From the NCBI GenBank assembly GCA_033763455.1, contig JANRKO010000023.1, positions 224,001 to 288,000 of the forward strand: a stretch of 64,000 nt of DNA, written 5' to 3'. The DNA comes from Polyangiaceae bacterium. Lineage in GTDB: Bacteria; Myxococcota_A; Polyangia; Polyangiales; Polyangiaceae. This document shows positions 9,304-18,167 of this stretch, one piece after another (the stretch's first letter is position 1; the number at the start of each line of letters is the position of its first letter). The translations under genes were made by a program, and so were the position numbers. The notes beneath the pieces are model-generated. The model was not told the DNA's origin, searched no databases, and saw only the letters and a list, made by a program, of their open reading frames with translations.

Positions 9304-10144
9304 CCCCGGCCCCAACATCGCCGAAACTATATTTCGGGATGTTCGCAGGCAGATCCTGGTGGGAACGCTCGCCGCGGGGGAGCGCCTGCCAGGCGAGCGC
9401 GAACTCGCGGCGCAATACAAAACGAACAGAAATACGCTGCGCGAGGCCGTACGCAAGCTGGAGCAAAGCCGCCTTGTAACCGTGCGGCATGGTCAAGGCG
9501 TCACGGTTTCCAGCTTTCGGGTCACCGGCACGATGGACCTGCTTTCCCCATTCTTGGAGACGGCCCCTGACCTCGGGGAGGTTGTCCGCCTGCTTGAAGA
9601 CATCCTTCCGGCGCGGCTTCTCGTCATTGAGTTTGCGGCCCGCCTTGCCGTCAGTCGAGCAACCAAGTCAGATATCGAACGGTTGCGTGACATAACGGAT
9701 CTGTTGATTGCCGCATTTGAACGTGGTGACCGCGTGGTCATCGCTCACGGGTTTCAACGCTGGTTGGAAACGGTGGTGGATGCGGGGCATTCGGTGGCCA
9801 TCCGCTGGGTGGCCAATCCGTGGCTTGAATCCTACCGAGACCTGCTAGATCGCTTTCCCGTTTTGTGGGTTTTGGAGCCAAGCTTTCCAGAGCATCTCCG
9901 CGAGTTTCTAATTGCGCTGGAACAGGGCGACGAACTCAAGGCGGTTGGCGTGCTCCGCCTTTATTACCAACGCGTGGACTCTGCATTCATACAGGCATTG
10001 AACAGCGCGATGTCCATGCGCGTCAGCACGCCCCCGCCCCCGGAGCCCGTGAACACCGGCGCCCCGCCACAAGACATTGGGGAAGGCATCCCCGACGATG
10101 CCAGCCAACTAAAACCGCCGAAGCGACCAGCGAAATCACGCTAG
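9284..10144 (+). CDS. GntR/FadR-family transcriptional regulator
   Basis: GERLPGERELAAQYKTNRNTLREAVRKL...VRHGQG wHTH plus FCD-like domain. Confidence 0.92.
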   Translation: MPRSKVSPGPNIAETIFRDVRRQILVGTLAAGERLPGERELAAQYKTNRNTLREAVRKLEQSRLVTVRHGQGVTVSSFRVTGTMDLLSPFLETAPDLGEVVRLLEDILPARLLVIEFAARLAVSRATKSDIERLRDITDLLIAAFERGDRVVIAHGFQRWLETVVDAGHSVAIRWVANPWLESYRDLLDRFPVLWVLEPSFPEHLREFLIALEQGDELKAVGVLRLYYQRVDSAFIQALNSAMSMRVSTPPPPEPVNTGAPPQDIGEGIPDDASQLKPPKRPAKSR

Positions 10145-10342
10145 AGCCCAAGGAGCAATACCCTCCGGGATGTCCCCCACCCGGGCTAGGTTCCCGCTGA
10201 CTCCCGTGTGCCCCTTCCAAAGTTGCACGGTTGTTTCATAACGCCCATAATGCTGTAACGGGGTGTTGATAACTTGGGGATATACGATGTGAGTTGACGT
10301 CCGTCGGGCGGGTCTCGCCGGAGAAACATCGAGGACATTCCC

Positions 10343-11053
10343 ATGAAGATTGCCGTCATATCCGACCTCCACCTGGGCGTAGGCGACGCATCGGACCGCT
10401 TCGGCCACGACCAAAACCGGTTTCTCACGTTCCTCCAGTTCCTGGAGGACAACTTCGAAAAGATCGTGCTTTTGGGGGATATTTGGGACCCCCACACGGC
10501 GCCGCAACGCACCGGCGCCAAGGAGGGGCTGAGGCTCTGCCGGGAATCCCATCTTCCCATCAGTCAGCGTTTTGAAAAACCACAATACCACTATGTGCAC
10601 GGCAACCACGATCTTGCCGCCGCCAAGCTTGAAAATGCTCCCGGCAAGCTCACCATCGAAGCGCACGGCCTCAGATTGCTGTTCGCACATGGCCATGAAC
10701 ATGACGTCTTTTTGAGCCGCGCCCCTTGGCTTGCGGATTTTGGCGTGTGGCTTGGGGCCTGGCTGCTCAGGCTGGGCCTTTCCAGCGTATATTCCTTCTT
10801 CGACCATCTGGACGCGGTGCGTTCGGGAGTCTCCAGCAGCGCCGCTGCCTGCACGTTTCAAAAGTGGGCGGTCACAGCCGCTCGTCAACACCAGGCCGAT
10901 GTTATCGTTACCGGACACACTCACCTGCCCGTCCGCGCGGAACACGACGACGTTGTGTTCCTGAACAGTGGCTCTTGCACAAAAGGCCGCTTCAACTTTG
11001 CGGCCCTGGATACGGCTCAAAACGATTTTCTCATCCAGCACGCCTGGGCTTGA
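10343..11053 (+). CDS. Calcineurin-like metallophosphoesterase (LpxH-like)
   Basis: SDLHLG, LLGDIWD, GNHD, AHGH, GHTH, NSG motifs. Confidence 0.88.
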   Translation: MKIAVISDLHLGVGDASDRFGHDQNRFLTFLQFLEDNFEKIVLLGDIWDPHTAPQRTGAKEGLRLCRESHLPISQRFEKPQYHYVHGNHDLAAAKLENAPGKLTIEAHGLRLLFAHGHEHDVFLSRAPWLADFGVWLGAWLLRLGLSSVYSFFDHLDAVRSGVSSSAAACTFQKWAVTAARQHQADVIVTGHTHLPVRAEHDDVVFLNSGSCTKGRFNFAALDTAQNDFLIQHAWA

Positions 11054-11076
11054 TGCACCCGACCGTTGCTAGCCTC

Positions 11077-12462
11077 CTAGTCGATAGTGGGACCAGGAAC
11101 CGATTTGAGCAGCGACAATCGGGGGGCATGAGCGGTTGAAATCACCTGAGACTCCGAGCGTGCGCCAATGGCCTCCAGGATCTGGTAGAGCCCAAAGTTG
11201 GGCATTCGCGTGAAGCCGTTCCATGCAGCGGCAGCCAGGGTACCGTCTTTCAGCCAATCTTTGATCCACTCACCCGCGAACCGCGCCTGGCGTTGCTTGA
11301 GACCCGCGCCCAGCTCGCGCGACCAACGACGATTGTATTGCTCGTGAGTTCCCACCGGTGACGAGAAGATAATGGGCAACCCCAACCCACCAAAAAAGGT
11401 CATCTCGCTCGGCTTGGTCCACAGAATATCCGTTCGGCCCAGGACGCGGTTAAAGCTTGCGAGGTAACTCTTGAAGTCGGGCTCATACAGGATCTCGATC
11501 GGTGCACCCTCTTTGCCGAGGCTTCGGCTCAGGCCACTTTCACGAACGGCATCGGCAAGTTCGCGAGCCACCTGTTGGCGGATCCCCGCAACGAGATTGA
11601 GCTTGAGCCGCCCTTCTGCCAAGAGGCCACGCAAAGACTGGAGGAATTCCCGAGCAAGGCCGACCTGCGCTCCCGCGCCCCCTACGGCGAAGGTCAAATG
11701 TACGGTTGTATCTTCCACTGGATCCGGCAACGGCCCGAGAAAGTGCGAGATAGCGTGGCGAAGATCGCCACGAAAAACTCCAGAAGGATCCAGCCGCACC
11801 AAACGGGCCGCAAGGTTGCGCTTAAGGATCGAAAGATCGGTGCCCCCCAAAAGCTCCTGTGGCAAGGGGAAGCCCGTTACCAAAATCCGCTCTTCTGGCA
11901 CGCCATAAGCACGGAGCCTGCGGCGAGTGCGAGGAGTTGGCACGAGGTAGTTAATCCGCGTGTTTTTCGCGTCCATCGGTGCCCATACGCGATTGATGTC
12001 GGCATCGGTCACGATGCAGAAGATCTTGTCGTACCCCAAGCGGTCAGCCGCGATCGCTGGCATGAAGAAGGTAGTTACCAGCGTCTTGTTGCCGCCCTCC
12101 AAATAATCCACAAGGCTTGAGCCAAGGCCTTTTTGAATTAGCTTATCGAGCACCCAAGTTCCGCCGCTCGCTTTGGACTGATCACGTTCGGCGTAGAGAT
12201 CGGCAATGTCGGTGAGGCTCTCCAGCATCGTTCGAAATGGAGTACCCACCAGCGGGAGCTGCGAGGCGCGCGAGATGCTTTCGTAATAACGCCTTACGTA
12301 GGACCAGAGAGCGCCGTCTTTTTCGGTGGCAACCGGAGGGCGATCAGCCTGGAGCACCTCCGCTTGTAGAGCTTCGGCTAGGGCGTGTGCCGGGCGCAGG
12401 TGCCCGTACCCCATATCAATGGCAACGACTGCAAACGGTGATTCGGTAGGAAAGGAGTTCAC
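11077..12462 (-). CDS. MGDG-synthase/UgtP-like GT-B glycosyltransferase
   Basis: MGYGHLRPAHAL, IVTD, VTGFP, GGAG, WTKPSE, PVGTHEQYN; GTGA overlap with upstream GT2. Confidence 0.7.
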   Translation of the reverse strand: MNSFPTESPFAVVAIDMGYGHLRPAHALAEALQAEVLQADRPPVATEKDGALWSYVRRYYESISRASQLPLVGTPFRTMLESLTDIADLYAERDQSKASGGTWVLDKLIQKGLGSSLVDYLEGGNKTLVTTFFMPAIAADRLGYDKIFCIVTDADINRVWAPMDAKNTRINYLVPTPRTRRRLRAYGVPEERILVTGFPLPQELLGGTDLSILKRNLAARLVRLDPSGVFRGDLRHAISHFLGPLPDPVEDTTVHLTFAVGGAGAQVGLAREFLQSLRGLLAEGRLKLNLVAGIRQQVARELADAVRESGLSRSLGKEGAPIEILYEPDFKSYLASFNRVLGRTDILWTKPSEMTFFGGLGLPIIFSSPVGTHEQYNRRWSRELGAGLKQRQARFAGEWIKDWLKDGTLAAAAWNGFTRMPNFGLYQILEAIGARSESQVISTAHAPRLSLLKSVPGPTID

Positions 12463-13661
12463 GCTGGGTCGGCCGCCAGACTCTCTTTAGCTGGTCGCGA
12501 GAGCTGACTGCCAGGGCCGATCAGGATGATGTTTCCTCGCCAATTCACCGAGCGCTTGAAAAGCCCGACAAACCACACGCCGGCAATCAACAAGTCTTTC
12601 ACGGGGATCAGCAAGAACTGCCGAAATGCAAGGCCGCCACGGCGCAAGCTGCGAGCCATGGCTTGGTCCGAAAGGCACTTTACGGACACAAATATTGCGG
12701 AAAGGCTCACCAAATGGCCGAAGCTCACGGGAGCCCCAAAGCTTGCCGCTACCCAAACCCAAAACAGCCACGCGATAGGGTTTGAGGTCGATTCGCACAC
12801 GTACGCCTTGAGCGACACCCGGCGGCGCATTTGAGCCCACCGAACGTGCCGGTTGATAAAGCTTTCAAGCGTTCGCTCTTCATTGCGAACCTCTAACGGC
12901 TGCATACACAGCTTCACCCCCACACCATGGTCGCGCGCAAGCTGGCCCAACATGTAATCTTCCGCCAAAACGTTTTCGACAGCACGCCAACCGCCCATTT
13001 TTTGAAGCAGCTGCTTGTGGAACAAGACGGACTTGCCAATAACGCAATTATGCCGAGCAAATGCCGCGCCCCAGATCATCGAGGCCACGAAGGTGTTCAT
13101 GTGAATGCTCTCGAAGCTGGCTCCCAACGTGCGCTCCCCAGCCCCAACAAGATTGCTGTGCACTAGGCCCGCCTTCTCCCCATCCCACTCACTCACCATG
13201 CGCCTTAGGTAGTCCGCTTCAGGCACCACATCCGCGTCAGAAATCAACCAAAGCTCATGCTTGGCCTGACGAGACATGAACGCAAGGTTGTTCACTTTAG
13301 GATTGAGCCCGATCGCCGGAGCCCCGATAAGTACGCGCACCTGGAGCGCTGGGTGATTCCGCTGAAAGCGACGCACCACCGGTATGGCTGGGTCCGAGGG
13401 GTCTTCAATGCCGAGCAACAATTCGAACTTGGGGTAATCCTGCCGTGCAAAAGCCGCCAGGTTAGCCTCCAACGAGACATCTGCACCCTTGATGGGCTTT
13501 AGGATACTCACGCCCGGCAGCTGCGCCCGCTGGGCGATCGCCGACCGACGAGCTCGTCTAATGGCCAGGCTTGCAGTGAACTGAACGACGACTAACGCCG
13601 CCAACGACCCCAAGGCTAGTACAGAGACAATCCAGAAGAGCGAGTGAGCAATGGTCAACAC
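12459..13661 (-). CDS. Ceramide glucosyltransferase / HpnI-like GT2 (Glyco_transf_21)
   Basis: SILKPIKG, NPKVNNL, ISDADV, LAEDY, RHVRW; N- and C-terminal TM helices. Confidence 0.85.
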   Translation of the reverse strand: MLTIAHSLFWIVSVLALGSLAALVVVQFTASLAIRRARRSAIAQRAQLPGVSILKPIKGADVSLEANLAAFARQDYPKFELLLGIEDPSDPAIPVVRRFQRNHPALQVRVLIGAPAIGLNPKVNNLAFMSRQAKHELWLISDADVVPEADYLRRMVSEWDGEKAGLVHSNLVGAGERTLGASFESIHMNTFVASMIWGAAFARHNCVIGKSVLFHKQLLQKMGGWRAVENVLAEDYMLGQLARDHGVGVKLCMQPLEVRNEERTLESFINRHVRWAQMRRRVSLKAYVCESTSNPIAWLFWVWVAASFGAPVSFGHLVSLSAIFVSVKCLSDQAMARSLRRGGLAFRQFLLIPVKDLLIAGVWFVGLFKRSVNWRGNIILIGPGSQLSRPAKESLAADPA

Positions 13662-13841
13662 GACACCTTGGGGATGAACTGTGGACGACCATAATGGCGG
13701 ATGGATGACAAGCGTGAATCATTTGTTCGTCAAGCCATCTCTTCACAGAAACATAAGTAATTTTAGGAACTTACGAACAGCTCCCCGCCGACCCACGGCA
13801 CCCACTGGGCCCTCCCCCTGCCAACTCCTTACGCCTCCGCC

Positions 13842-15131
13842 CTACTTGATGACGCTGACCACCGTGGCGCAGCCGCCAAAAACCTCAACCTGAGGCGACG
13901 GATCGGCCTTGATGGTTGCGCAAGTTTGCGAGCAGAGGACGATTTCGTTACCGGCGGCGCTGTATTGCCAACCATCCGTGCAACCTGGGGCGTCGTTGCG
14001 GGAGATAATCGCAGCGTTTGTAGCGACTCCGCCAGGTGTGTACACGAGGTTCACCTTGTTGGGATCCGCAGCTTGCCCGGGGGGCGGAGTAGGAACGGGG
14101 TAATTGCAGGATACAACCTGGCCCACAATGGCACTCAGAGCTGACGTTAACCCGGAGGCGAAGTCCGGTGCCGTGGTCATGTCGAAGTGGCAATAGGTTG
14201 GCCCCACACTTGAACACCCAGGGGTCCCGGTACCACCAGCCTGTGCCGCGTCTGAAAGCCAAGCCCGTTCAGTCTGACTGCCGGGGACACCTACGACGAA
14301 GGTTCCGATGCCGGCAGCTTTGGCGGCTGCCACCTCAGCCACCAGCGCAGCCGTGTTGGGAGCTTTATCGGGCTGCCCCCGACCTCCGTCCAAGCTAACA
14401 CAACCGAGATCGAAGGTAGGGGTACCATCCGTAATCAGAAGCATGAAAGGCTTACCCTTCAAGGTTGTCTTCTGAAGCTCGCCGAGCCCAAAGTGATAAG
14501 CATCATGCGTGGGCGTCGAGCCGCTCACCCTCTGGTCTCGAATTCGACTGGCCAGCGTCATCCGTGCAGGCGATGCTGAGGGCCCAAGAGGCATGATCGG
14601 TAGAGCATCGTTCGTTGAGATGCAGGACGTGGCCCCCGAACCTCCACCAAAGCTCTCACGATTCGGGTAGAAGAACACTCCGAGCGCAGTTTCAGAGGCC
14701 AAAGAGTCGATTGCCTTATTAAGGGCCGGCGCGGTGAGATCCCATTTGCTCATGCCAGGGGGCGGATCGTTGCGATTGTCAGTCCCGTCCCCCATCGAGC
14801 CACTGGTATCCACAACGAGCTCCAACACCGCCGGCAAAGCCTCCGTTTTTGCCTGCCACTGGCCGCAGGCACCGCTACGCAACATCTCTAGGCCCCCATT
14901 CGCTAAATCTACCGGCGGTGCAGTGGTTGGGGCTGCGCCCACATCAACGTTGATCATCGGCACATTCGCCGACGTGGTGGTAGCCGAGCCCGAAGGACCA
15001 GGAGTTGCATCCGTGCCCATCGGCGAAGGTGAAAGGATTTTGGCGGAGCCGTTACCCCCATCGACGGTGTTTCCGCAGGCCGAAAGGGCAGCCAAAGCAA
15101 CAAAAGACAAAACGACAGGCTGAGTACGCAT
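13842..15131 (-). CDS. VWA-domain lipoprotein (myxobacterial, CglB-like family)
   Basis: Lipobox LSAC; MIDAS DTSGS, GSTPT, LLITDG; Cys-rich C-terminus. Confidence 0.8.
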   Translation of the reverse strand: MRTQPVVLSFVALAALSACGNTVDGGNGSAKILSPSPMGTDATPGPSGSATTTSANVPMINVDVGAAPTTAPPVDLANGGLEMLRSGACGQWQAKTEALPAVLELVVDTSGSMGDGTDNRNDPPPGMSKWDLTAPALNKAIDSLASETALGVFFYPNRESFGGGSGATSCISTNDALPIMPLGPSASPARMTLASRIRDQRVSGSTPTHDAYHFGLGELQKTTLKGKPFMLLITDGTPTFDLGCVSLDGGRGQPDKAPNTAALVAEVAAAKAAGIGTFVVGVPGSQTERAWLSDAAQAGGTGTPGCSSVGPTYCHFDMTTAPDFASGLTSALSAIVGQVVSCNYPVPTPPPGQAADPNKVNLVYTPGGVATNAAIISRNDAPGCTDGWQYSAAGNEIVLCSQTCATIKADPSPQVEVFGGCATVVSVIK

Positions 15132-15434
15132 TGTGGGTACCTTTCCAGAGGAGTTTGAAATTTCTGCGGAGGACCTGAAACGGCCACATACCGCGGGGTG
15201 CACGTAGATGTACCAGGTACGCGCCTATTGTCCAAGCGAGAACTTACACGCGACCACTTCAGCGCCTGGGTGTTTCTTTAACACCGAAACGGCTCAAGGA
15301 TAGTTGGGGTGTATATTTCTGTCTTAGCTCGCTGCGATTCTTTGCGCACAGCAATAATGCATTGGTGCTCGCCACGCACAATGATCGGGCCTGGACACAC
15401 CTTTGCGACGGCGGCGAGGGTTGAGTGCGATGCG

Positions 15435-16460
15435 CTAGATGCTGATAAGCCCCTTGAGGCAACGCGCGTCGGGCTCCATCCATTCGGGCAACACTTGGGG
15501 AGCTTGCTCGATCGTCGCGCGGTGCGTGACCCAGCGCCCGACATCCACGCGCCGTTGCTCCATCAGGCCAATAATGGTCGCGAAGTCGTCCGAGGCTGCG
15601 TTTCGACTCCCCATGACGGTGAGTTCGCGTTTGTGGAACTCGGGATCCGAAAATGTGAGCTCTCCCTTAAAAAGACCCACAAACACCAAGCGCCCGCCGT
15701 GGCACGGGTACAGGAATGCGCTAGCCATGCTCTTCGCGTTGCCTGAAGCGTCGAACACGACCGTAGGCAAATCTCCCCCAAAAAATGATTTAAGCCGCTC
15801 CTGGTTCTCTTCCAAGCTTGCGCCCGGCTCGGCAGTGTTTTCTACGCCCAATAGCTCGCGGCACAGGCGGAGCCGCTCTGGGCTCGTGTCCAACACGGCA
15901 ACTTTAGCTCCGCTGGCTTTCACAAACTGCAACGTTGCGAGACCAATCGGGCCTGCCCCGATCACGAGCACGGTGTCATCACTTTGCACGTTGGCCCTTG
16001 CCACGGCGTGAGCACCAATTCCTAAGGGTTCAACAAGCGCCAGCTCCTCAAATGTTAGGGAGCTAGACTTATGAACATTGCTCGCAGGGACCAAATATTC
16101 GGAACGCAGCGCCCCATCCGCATGCACACCCAACACGGAGATCTTTTCACAGCAATTGGGTTTGCCGCGCCGACACGCAATGCAATGCCCGCAGCTCACG
16201 TAAGGCTTTACTGCACAACGATCGCCCGGCGCAACGTTCGTAACTGAGGAACCCACCTCCACAACTTCCACTGCGGCTTCGTGGCCTAAGATCCGCGGGT
16301 ACGAGAAGAATGGCTGCTGCCCGCGGTACGCGTGGTAGTCGGTACCGCACACCCCTACGACTTTGACCCGCACACGCACCATGCCGGAGCCTGGGTCGGG
16401 CTGCACGGTGTCCTGTTCGCAGATTAAGAGGCCTGGCTTTTGAAGAACGAGCGTCGTCAT
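15435..16460 (-). CDS. Zinc-binding alcohol dehydrogenase (YjjN/LgoD-like)
   Basis: GVCGTD, LGHE, CGHCIACRRGKPNCC, IGAGPIG, GSRNA. Confidence 0.88.
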   Translation of the reverse strand: MTTLVLQKPGLLICEQDTVQPDPGSGMVRVRVKVVGVCGTDYHAYRGQQPFFSYPRILGHEAAVEVVEVGSSVTNVAPGDRCAVKPYVSCGHCIACRRGKPNCCEKISVLGVHADGALRSEYLVPASNVHKSSSLTFEELALVEPLGIGAHAVARANVQSDDTVLVIGAGPIGLATLQFVKASGAKVAVLDTSPERLRLCRELLGVENTAEPGASLEENQERLKSFFGGDLPTVVFDASGNAKSMASAFLYPCHGGRLVFVGLFKGELTFSDPEFHKRELTVMGSRNAASDDFATIIGLMEQRRVDVGRWVTHRATIEQAPQVLPEWMEPDARCLKGLISI

Positions 16461-16619
16461 GCGCGGAGGCTACCCTACCAGTGAGCAATGTCGACGCGAC
16501 GATTTCGTCAATCCTCCGCCAATTCGCCGCTCACCTTTGGCCGAGCCGGAGGAATTTTGGCCTACAACGGCGGCCGGCTTACGTCCCGACCCAGGCGGGG
16601 TAGTATCACTGGCCTGAGC

Positions 16620-17189
16620 GTGCCCATAAGCAGACGAAATTCTAACTCTGGCGGGAAGAAGCCCGAGCTCCCGTTAACCCTGCCGAAGGGCAAGCTGGAA
16701 GAGTATGCAATGGGCTATCTTAATCGCTTCGACGCAACTCGACACAAGTTAGCATCCGTGCTCACGAGCTACATCCAACGCCACGTTGCCGCCGACGGGC
16801 GCGATGCAGCCATGGCGGAAGCGGCCGCGATGCTCGATCGCTACGAAGCCAATGGCATCCTCAGCGACCAACGATTTTCCACCAACCACGCCCGCTCCCT
16901 CCATCAGCGGGGCAGCTCGCGGCAAAAAACGGTACAGAAGCTCCGGATGCGCGGGGTGGCGCCCGAGGTTATTCAGGCCAGCTTGGACGCCTTGGAGAGC
17001 GAGCAGCCCGGGGGGGACCTCGCCGCAGCTCTGATTTACGTGAAAAAAAGGCGGCTAGGTCCCCACCGGCGCTCCGATGAAGAGCGTCAGGCTGCCCGGC
17101 ACAAGGACCTCGCGTCCCTTGCGCGGCAGGGCTTCAGCCTCGACGTCGCGCGCCGTGCCCTTGCGACCACCGACGACGACGTGTTCTAA
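16620..17189 (+). CDS. recX: Regulatory protein RecX
   Basis: AMGYLNRF, GILSDQRF, RGSSRQKTVQKLRMRGV, LARQGFS; start uncertain. Confidence 0.85.
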   Translation: MPISRRNSNSGGKKPELPLTLPKGKLEEYAMGYLNRFDATRHKLASVLTSYIQRHVAADGRDAAMAEAAAMLDRYEANGILSDQRFSTNHARSLHQRGSSRQKTVQKLRMRGVAPEVIQASLDALESEQPGGDLAAALIYVKKRRLGPHRRSDEERQAARHKDLASLARQGFSLDVARRALATTDDDVF

Positions 17190-17198
17190 GAACGGAAC

Positions 17199-18161
17199 AT
17201 GCCGCTTTCGTGGGTGCTGTTTCTCGCGCTGATTGTAGCCCTCCTGGTGTTGGATCTGTTCGTCCTCCACCGGCGCGCTCATGTTATTCGCCTTCGTGAG
17301 GCCGCCCTACTCAGCGTAGGTTGGGTAACGCTGGGCCTTAGCTTCTCCGGATTGGTGTACGCAGCGTATGCCTACAACTGGTTCGGAGTTGTGCCCGGGC
17401 AAGCCGCCCCCTCGGATGCCGCAATCCAGTACCTCACGGGTTACCTGCTCGAAAAATCCTTGAGTGTTGACAACATTTTTGTCATCGCGATGTTGTTCAC
17501 CTCGCTCAAAGTGCCGCCCCAGTATCGGCATCGCATCCTGTATTGGGGTATCTTGGGTGCCATCATCCTGCGCGGTATCATGATTCTTGGAGGCTCATGG
17601 CTAATCACCCGGTTCGATTGGCTGTTTTACTTGTTTGGCTTGTATCTCGCTTACACCGGCATCAAGCTGCTCAAACCTGAAGCTGGCGAGGTTGATGCGG
17701 ATTCGAGCGCGTTGCTGCGCCTAGCAAGGCGAATATTGCCCATCGCGAAAGAAGAGCATGGAGGGAGCTTCCTTTCGCGCGAAGGCGGCCGCATTGTTGT
17801 CACGCAGCTGGGCTTGGCTCTCCTGGCTATTGAAGCTACTGACGTGATTTTCGCGCTCGATTCCATCCCCGCGGTGTTCTCCGTCACCACCGACCCATTC
17901 ATTGTTTTTACATCCAATATCTTTGCGATTTTGGGCCTGCGCTCGCTCTACTTCATCTTGGTATCCATGCTCGATCGCTTCCGCCACCTGAAGGTCGCCC
18001 TAGCGTTCATCTTGGTGTTCATTGGCGCCAAAATGCTGCTTCACGATGCCGTCGATATCGGGAACCTTGTATCCCTCGGGGTGATAGCCGGGGCCCTTAT
18101 GGTGGGCATCTTGTCGTCGATCCTCGTGCCACCCCCCCCTCACGTGGGCGAAGGCCAGTAG
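17199..18161 (+). CDS. TerC/Alx family membrane protein
   Basis: YLLEKSLSVDNIFV, ILYWGILGA, DVIFALDSIPAV, SNIFAILGLRSLYF. Confidence 0.93.
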   Translation: MPLSWVLFLALIVALLVLDLFVLHRRAHVIRLREAALLSVGWVTLGLSFSGLVYAAYAYNWFGVVPGQAAPSDAAIQYLTGYLLEKSLSVDNIFVIAMLFTSLKVPPQYRHRILYWGILGAIILRGIMILGGSWLITRFDWLFYLFGLYLAYTGIKLLKPEAGEVDADSSALLRLARRILPIAKEEHGGSFLSREGGRIVVTQLGLALLAIEATDVIFALDSIPAVFSVTTDPFIVFTSNIFAILGLRSLYFILVSMLDRFRHLKVALAFILVFIGAKMLLHDAVDIGNLVSLGVIAGALMVGILSSILVPPPPHVGEGQ

Positions 18162-18167
18162 CGCGCC

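Noticed and set aside
10136..11041. 301-aa minus-strand ORF
   Set aside because: Antisense to the well-supported metallophosphoesterase
13755..13774. TAAGT-N10-ACTTA inverted repeat as a dif/Xer site
   Set aside because: Too short and does not fit the dif consensus
17190..17198. yybP-ykoY Mn riboswitch before terC
   Set aside because: Only 9 nt between recX and terC
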